From assembly GCA_021298655.1 (NCBI GenBank), contig JAJTFK010000002.1, positions 3,378 through 67,377 of the forward strand: DNA of 64,000 nucleotides, in the 5' to 3' direction. Positions 59,375-64,000 of the stretch are shown here, piece after piece. A program made the translations under genes and the position numbers. The notes under the pieces are model-generated. The model made no database searches, was not told the origin of the DNA, and was given only the letters and a program-made list of their open reading frames with translations. How positions within the stretch are numbered: position 1 is the stretch's first letter; the number at the start of each line of letters is the position of its first letter. The stretch comes from Cryomorphaceae bacterium. GTDB lineage: Bacteria > Bacteroidota > Bacteroidia > Flavobacteriales > Schleiferiaceae.

Positions 59375-59404
59375 AAGGATAAGGAGGCCCCTTATCCTTT
59401 TTTT
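59375..59404 (+). terminator. Rho-independent terminator ending the ribosomal supercluster
   Basis: 10-bp stem AAGGATAAGG / CCTTATCCTT, 5-nt loop, then a T-run. Confidence 0.8.
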
Positions 59405-59428
59405 GTGCCCAATTCTTAACGATTGATA

Positions 59429-60523
59429 ATGAGTTCAAAAGCCTTTGTTTTGCTGGCAGACGGCACCTATTTTGAAGGGGTTTCTGTGGGTATAGACGGC
59501 ACTTCCGTCGGAGAGATTTGCTTCAATACGGGCATGACGGGGTACCAGGAGATTTTTACTGACCCCAGCTACAAGGGCCAGATCATGGTTATTGCGACCG
59601 CGCACGTGGGCAACTACGGGGTCGCTCCCGAAGAAAATGAGTCCACGGACGTGCAGATTGCCGGCTTGGTATGCCGCAATTTCAGCGAGTTGGCCTCTCG
59701 GGTGCGCGGTGGTCACCGCAGCCTATCGGACTTTATGAAGTCTTCGGTGGTTGTTTCTGAGGTTGATACACGCGCACTGGTCCAGCATATTCGCGACTTC
59801 GGTGCGCAAAATGCAGTGATCACTACCGAGCTGAGCTTGGAGGATGCGCAACGTCGACTGCAGGAGGCTCCCGACATGGAGGGCTTGGAGCTGTGTTCGG
59901 TGGTTAGTACCAAGGAGCCGTACACCGTAGGTGCGCCCGACGCGGCGTTTCACGTGGCGGCGCTGGACCTCGGCGTAAAGCGCAATATTCTGAGGAACTT
60001 AGTGCGCGTAGGCTGCAAGGTGACGGTTTACCCCTACAATACCCCTTTTTCGGTTTTGTCTTCGGAACAACCCGACGGTTTCTTTTTGTCGAATGGACCG
60101 GGCGACCCGGCGGCTAGCCCGGCGGTGATTGAGGTGGTTCGCGAAGTCTTGGCTTCGGGTAAGCCCACCTTTGGAATCTGCTTGGGGCACCAAATGATTG
60201 CCCTTGCTTCGGGACTGACTACCTACAAGATGCACAACGGACACCGGGGAATAAACCATCCCGTGAAGAATCTTCGGTCCGGAAAGGGCGAAATCACGTC
60301 GCAGAATCACGGGTTTGCCGTGTCCATGGACGACGTTGCGGCCGCGCCCAACGTGGAACTGACCCACGTGCACTTGAACGACGGAACGGTCGCGGGGATT
60401 CGCCGCACGGATGTACCGGCCTTTAGTGTGCAGTACCATCCCGAAGCTTCTCCCGGTCCGCACGATGCACAATACCTTTTTGATGAATTCGTTGCGTTAA
60501 TGAACCAACAAATCCCTGCCTAA
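59429..60523 (+). CDS. carA: Carbamoyl-phosphate synthase small (glutaminase) subunit
   Basis: ATG 59429; the track start is TTG. Contains the class I GATase motifs FGICLGHQ and VQYHPEA. Confidence 0.93.
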   Translation: MSSKAFVLLADGTYFEGVSVGIDGTSVGEICFNTGMTGYQEIFTDPSYKGQIMVIATAHVGNYGVAPEENESTDVQIAGLVCRNFSELASRVRGGHRSLSDFMKSSVVVSEVDTRALVQHIRDFGAQNAVITTELSLEDAQRRLQEAPDMEGLELCSVVSTKEPYTVGAPDAAFHVAALDLGVKRNILRNLVRVGCKVTVYPYNTPFSVLSSEQPDGFFLSNGPGDPAASPAVIEVVREVLASGKPTFGICLGHQMIALASGLTTYKMHNGHRGINHPVKNLRSGKGEITSQNHGFAVSMDDVAAAPNVELTHVHLNDGTVAGIRRTDVPAFSVQYHPEASPGPHDAQYLFDEFVALMNQQIPA

Positions 60524-60527
60524 TTCT

Positions 60528-61808
60528 ATGCCTACGATTACTTCTGTTTACGCGCGCCAAATCCTCGATTCGCGTGGAAATCCCACGGTTGAAGCCGATG
60601 TAGTAACGGACTCGGGTCATTTCGGCCGAGCGGCGGTTCCCTCAGGGGCCTCGACCGGAGCTCATGAAGCCGTTGAACTCCGCGACGGCGACGCCAAGAC
60701 CTACATGGGGAAAGGCGTTTTAAAGGCCGTGGATCACGTCAACACCGAACTTGCGCAGGCCGTGGTTGGTCTGGAGGTAACGGATCAGGCCGAGGTCGAC
60801 ATGGCGATGCTGGAGGCTGACGGTACACCCAACAAAGCGCGTTTGGGAGCCAACGCCATTTTGGCGGTCTCGCTAGCGACCGCCCGTGCTGCCGCGCAGG
60901 CAAGCGGACTTCCGCTTTTTCAGTACGTTGGTGGCGTAACGGCCCGCACCTTGCCGGTTCCGATGATGAACATTCTCAACGGCGGGGCGCACGCCGATAA
61001 CGCCATTGATTTTCAGGAATTCATGGTGATGCCGGTCGGAGCAACGAGCTTTAGCCAGGGCCTGCAGATGGGTACCGAGGTGTTCCACCACCTGAAGTCC
61101 GTGCTCAAGTCCAAGGGGTACAGCACCAACGTGGGCGACGAGGGCGGATTTGCACCCAACATTCGCTCCAACGAAGAAGCCATTGAGACGGTGCTCGAGG
61201 CCATCCACAAAGCTGGGTTTACGGCGGGAAAGGACCTGTTTATTGCCATGGACGCAGCCATGACCGAGCTCTACGACGAGAAAACCGGTTTATACGCCTT
61301 TAAAAAGTCGGGTGGCGCGGTGATGACGACCGATGAAGTGGTCAGCTACTGGACCAAGTGGGTTGATCAGTACCCCATTTTGTCCATTGAAGATGGCCTC
61401 GCCGAAGACGATTGGAGCGGTTGGTCGAAGCTGAATTCCGCCATCGGAAATCGCGTTCAGATTGTTGGCGACGACTTGTTTGTAACCAATGTGGACCGGG
61501 TAGCCAAGGGTATTGAGGAAAAGGCGGCCAATTCGGTGCTCGTTAAAGTCAACCAAATTGGCAGCTTGACCGAAACCATTGAAACGGTGCAGAAGGCCCA
61601 GCGCAACGGAATGACCTGCATCATGTCGCACCGCTCGGGCGAAACCGAAGATTCGACGATTGCCGATTTGGCCGTGGCCTTGAATACCGGTCAAATTAAG
61701 ACGGGTTCCGCTTCGCGCTCGGACCGCATGGCCAAGTACAACCAACTGCTTCGCATTGAAGAAATGCTCGGAGGTACCGCGGTTTACCCGGGGATGAATT
61801 TAAAGTAA
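60528..61808 (+). CDS. eno: Enolase
   Basis: 426 aa. Contains [17 protein letters not shown] and SHRSGETED. Confidence 0.98.
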   Translation: MPTITSVYARQILDSRGNPTVEADVVTDSGHFGRAAVPSGASTGAHEAVELRDGDAKTYMGKGVLKAVDHVNTELAQAVVGLEVTDQAEVDMAMLEADGTPNKARLGANAILAVSLATARAAAQASGLPLFQYVGGVTARTLPVPMMNILNGGAHADNAIDFQEFMVMPVGATSFSQGLQMGTEVFHHLKSVLKSKGYSTNVGDEGGFAPNIRSNEEAIETVLEAIHKAGFTAGKDLFIAMDAAMTELYDEKTGLYAFKKSGGAVMTTDEVVSYWTKWVDQYPILSIEDGLAEDDWSGWSKLNSAIGNRVQIVGDDLFVTNVDRVAKGIEEKAANSVLVKVNQIGSLTETIETVQKAQRNGMTCIMSHRSGETEDSTIADLAVALNTGQIKTGSASRSDRMAKYNQLLRIEEMLGGTAVYPGMNLK

Positions 61809-61828
61809 CCGACAAACAACCCTTGATT

Positions 61829-63133
61829 ATGGATCGGATTAAAGAACAATTTGCGTCGAAAATTGGCCCGGCACAGGCCGAGATCAAGGCCTTTTTGGCC
61901 AAACACGGCGAGGACAGCCTCGGTGAGATTACGGTAGCCCAGGCCTACCAGGGCATGCGCTGCATGACGGCGCTTATTTGCGAAACCTCCAAGCTGGATT
62001 CCCAGGAGGGCATTCGCTTTAGGGGGTACAGCATCCCCGAGTTGCAGGCCAAGCTGCCCAAATACCCCGGGGGAGCAGAGCCGCTTCCCGAAGGCCTGTT
62101 CCACCTCATTCTCATGGATGAGATGCCCGACGACGACGACGTTCGCCGCCTGAGCAACAGCTGGGCGCGCCGCGCGATTGTTCCGCAGCACGTGTTTAAG
62201 GCCATTGACGCCCTTCCGCTAACCGCGCATCCCATGACGCAGTTTGTGATTGGTATTATGGCGCTCCGCACCGAGACCGAATTTGGCAAGGCCTACGCCC
62301 GCGGAATCAGCAAGTCGGAGTACTGGGAGTACACGTACGAGGATGCGATGAATTTGATTGCGCGCCTTCCGCGTGTGGCAGCCTACATCTACCGCCGAAC
62401 CTACAAGAACAGCGAGCACATTGAGCCGGATCCCAAGCTGGACTGGGCGGGCAACTTTGCCCACATGCTCGGGTACGAGAACGAGGAGTTCCGCGAGCTG
62501 ATGCGCCTGTACATGACCATTCACTCGGACCACGAGGGCGGCAACGTTTCGGCGCACGCCGTGCACCTAGTGGGGTCTGCCTTGAGCGACGCCTACCAGA
62601 GTTTCGCCGCGGGAATGAACGGGTTGGCGGGTCCGCTCCACGGATTGGCCAATCAAGAAGTGATCAAATGGACGCTGGAAATGCTCGAAGATTTGGGCAC
62701 GCAGGAGCCGACCAAGGACCAAATCGCCGACTACGTGAAGGGCACCCTCGCGGGCGGCAAGGTGGTTCCGGGCTTTGGCCACGCGGTGCTTCGCAAGACG
62801 GACCCCCGCTACATGGCGCAGCGCGAGTTTGCCCAAAAGCACATGCCGGAGGATCCCTTGTTTAAGGTGGTTTCCAACATTTTTGAGGTGGTACCGGGAA
62901 TCTTGGAGGCCACGGGCAAGGTGAAGAATCCGTACCCCAACGTGGACGCCCACAGCGGTCAGTTGCTGATGCACTACGGCATGGTGGAATACGACTTCTT
63001 TACGGTGCTGTTTGGCGTGTCGCGCTCCCTGGGCGTTCTCGCCAATTTGATTTGGGATCGCGCGTTGGCTATGCCCATTGAGCGACCGGATTCCACGACT
63101 ACGGCACTGCTCAAGCAGAAGTTCAACGCTTAG
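61829..63133 (+). CDS. gltA: Citrate synthase
   Basis: ATG 61829; the track start is TTG. Contains HSDHEGGNVSAH and PGFGHAVLRKTDPR. Confidence 0.93.
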   Translation: MDRIKEQFASKIGPAQAEIKAFLAKHGEDSLGEITVAQAYQGMRCMTALICETSKLDSQEGIRFRGYSIPELQAKLPKYPGGAEPLPEGLFHLILMDEMPDDDDVRRLSNSWARRAIVPQHVFKAIDALPLTAHPMTQFVIGIMALRTETEFGKAYARGISKSEYWEYTYEDAMNLIARLPRVAAYIYRRTYKNSEHIEPDPKLDWAGNFAHMLGYENEEFRELMRLYMTIHSDHEGGNVSAHAVHLVGSALSDAYQSFAAGMNGLAGPLHGLANQEVIKWTLEMLEDLGTQEPTKDQIADYVKGTLAGGKVVPGFGHAVLRKTDPRYMAQREFAQKHMPEDPLFKVVSNIFEVVPGILEATGKVKNPYPNVDAHSGQLLMHYGMVEYDFFTVLFGVSRSLGVLANLIWDRALAMPIERPDSTTTALLKQKFNA

Positions 63134-63153
63134 TCGGCGAAGAATGTGCGAAA

Positions 63154-63179
63154 AGCCTCGGCGATGCCGGGGCTTTTTT
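63154..63179 (+). terminator. Hairpin terminator after gltA
   Basis: Imperfect stem GCCTCGG-loop-CCGGGGC followed by six T. Confidence 0.5.
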
Positions 63180-63214
63180 CGTTGGTAATCTGCTGATTGT
63201 ACGCCGATTTTTCC

Positions 63215-63222
63215 TACCTTTG
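63215..63222 (+). promoter_or_regulatory. -7 box TACCTTTG for rpsA (113-nt leader)
   Basis: Matches TAnnTTTG. Confidence 0.4.
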
Positions 63223-63335
63223 CGGTCCCATTTTGGTACGCATTGCGAAAGGACGCCATTTGGGAATTGCTACCTAACGTCTCTGCGCGCAGCGCCTCAG
63301 TCCTTTCCGAGCGCCAGATACAAGACCTCAAGCTC

Positions 63336-64000
63336 ATGTCTGAAGAGCTAAATCCCGAATTGGAGGGCCAAATCCAAGAAACCGCCGCCGCAGAAGTGGA
63401 GGCTACCCCCGAAGTTGAAGTTGCTGAAGTTGCTGCCGCCCTAGAGGTCGCAGACGACGTTGCCGACGAAGACGAGCTGGAGCTCGTGCTGGACATCGAA
63501 GAAGAAGACGAAGCGTTTGATTGGAATTCGTACGAGTCGGGCTACGGCGCGCGCAGCGAAGAACACAAGGCGCTCGAGCAGCTTTACGAAGCCACCCTGG
63601 TTACTTCGGTTGAGCACCAAGTGGTCAACGGCATTGTGGTGCAGCTTACCGATCGCGACGCCATTATTGACATTTCGTCAAAATCAGAGGGTGTCGTTTC
63701 ACTGAACGAATTCCGCTACAACCCCGACCTGAAAGTAGGTGACGTGGTTGAGGTGCTGGTAGACAAGCAAGAAGACAAGCTTGGTCAGTTGGTGCTTTCG
63801 CACCGCAAGGCCCGCTCGATCAAGGCTTGGGACCGCGTGAACGAAGCCTTCGAAGCCGAGGAAATTGTTCAAGGTTACGTCAAGGCCCGCACCAAGGGCG
63901 GCATGATTGTCGACGTGTTTGGCCTCGAGGCCTTCTTGCCGGGCTCGCAAATCGACGTCAAGCCGATTCGCGATTACGACATTTACGTCGACAAGACCAT
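63336..64000 (+). CDS. rpsA: 30S ribosomal protein S1, 3' end beyond the window
   Basis: Absent from the ORF track because there is no stop in the window. I translated it by hand from ATG 63336, and it is open to nt 64000. An acidic N-terminus is followed by FDWNSYESGYG and the S1 repeats VVNGIVVQLTDRDAIIDISSKSEGVV and VQGYVKARTKGGMIVDVFGLEAFLPGSQ. Confidence 0.93.
   Translation, partial: MSEELNPELEGQIQETAAAEVEATPEVEVAEVAAALEVADDVADEDELELVLDIEEEDEAFDWNSYESGYGARSEEHKALEQLYEATLVTSVEHQVVNGIVVQLTDRDAIIDISSKSEGVVSLNEFRYNPDLKVGDVVEVLVDKQEDKLGQLVLSHRKARSIKAWDRVNEAFEAEEIVQGYVKARTKGGMIVDVFGLEAFLPGSQIDVKPIRDYDIYVDKT

Noticed and set aside
59405-59428. Promoter box for carA-eno-gltA
   Set aside because: The closest candidate is TAACGATT, which departs from TAnnTTTG at three of the four TTTG positions, so I did not call it.
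62567-63496. 309-aa minus-strand ORF that begins with a poly-Ser/Thr/Ala run
   Set aside because: The Ser run is the reverse-complement image of the GAA/GAG/GCN-rich acidic N-terminus of rpsA, and the rest is antisense to gltA. It also spans a terminator and a promoter.

Overview
GC-rich (by eye, not computed) chromosomal segment from a member of the Bacteroidota. The phylum call rests on repeated TAnnTTTG -7 promoter boxes ahead of operons, no Shine-Dalgarno-type spacing, four cargo genes with type-B T9SS C-terminal sorting domains, a PorP/SprF-like gene, DUF4290-murA, and purH-mreBCD-mrdA-rodA. The window is almost fully coding: about 75 protein genes and one tRNA-Phe. I saw no rRNA, CRISPR array, transposase, integrase, phage gene or recognisable defence gene. 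The ORF track writes GTG and TTG starts as M, so I re-checked start codons in the nucleotide sequence and moved several. Left to right: a partial T9SS cargo gene; fumC; a stand-alone small membrane ORF; a GDP-mannose pyrophosphorylase-like gene; adk-obg-PAP2-crcB; T9SS cargo, GHMP kinase, HMG-CoA reductase and two small membrane genes (minus strand); tRNA-Phe; coaX-OMP-TPR-lptC-small ORF-CNNM-ppiD; purH-mreBCD-mrdA-rodA (minus); an ABC permease; GAF-dgkA; a three-gene T9SS module (cargo, PorP/SprF-like, cargo); grpE-dnaJ; a TlpA-like gene; helicase-DUF4290-murA; an uninterrupted str-S10-spc-alpha ribosomal supercluster (rpsL to rplQ, 42.5-59.4 kb); carA-eno-gltA; and the 5' part of rpsA. I found no clearly novel multi-gene system. 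The most unusual items are: (1) the cargo/PorP-SprF/cargo module, whose PorP/SprF-like barrel carries a C-terminal coiled-coil plus SPOR-like extension; (2) a roughly 330-aa cysteine-rich N-terminal module shared by two distant T9SS cargo genes; (3) HMG-CoA reductase translationally coupled to an atypical short GHMP kinase; (4) four genes with an identical promoter-box-N4-ATG geometry that predicts leaderless mRNAs. All functional calls come from reading the translations; no database search was run.
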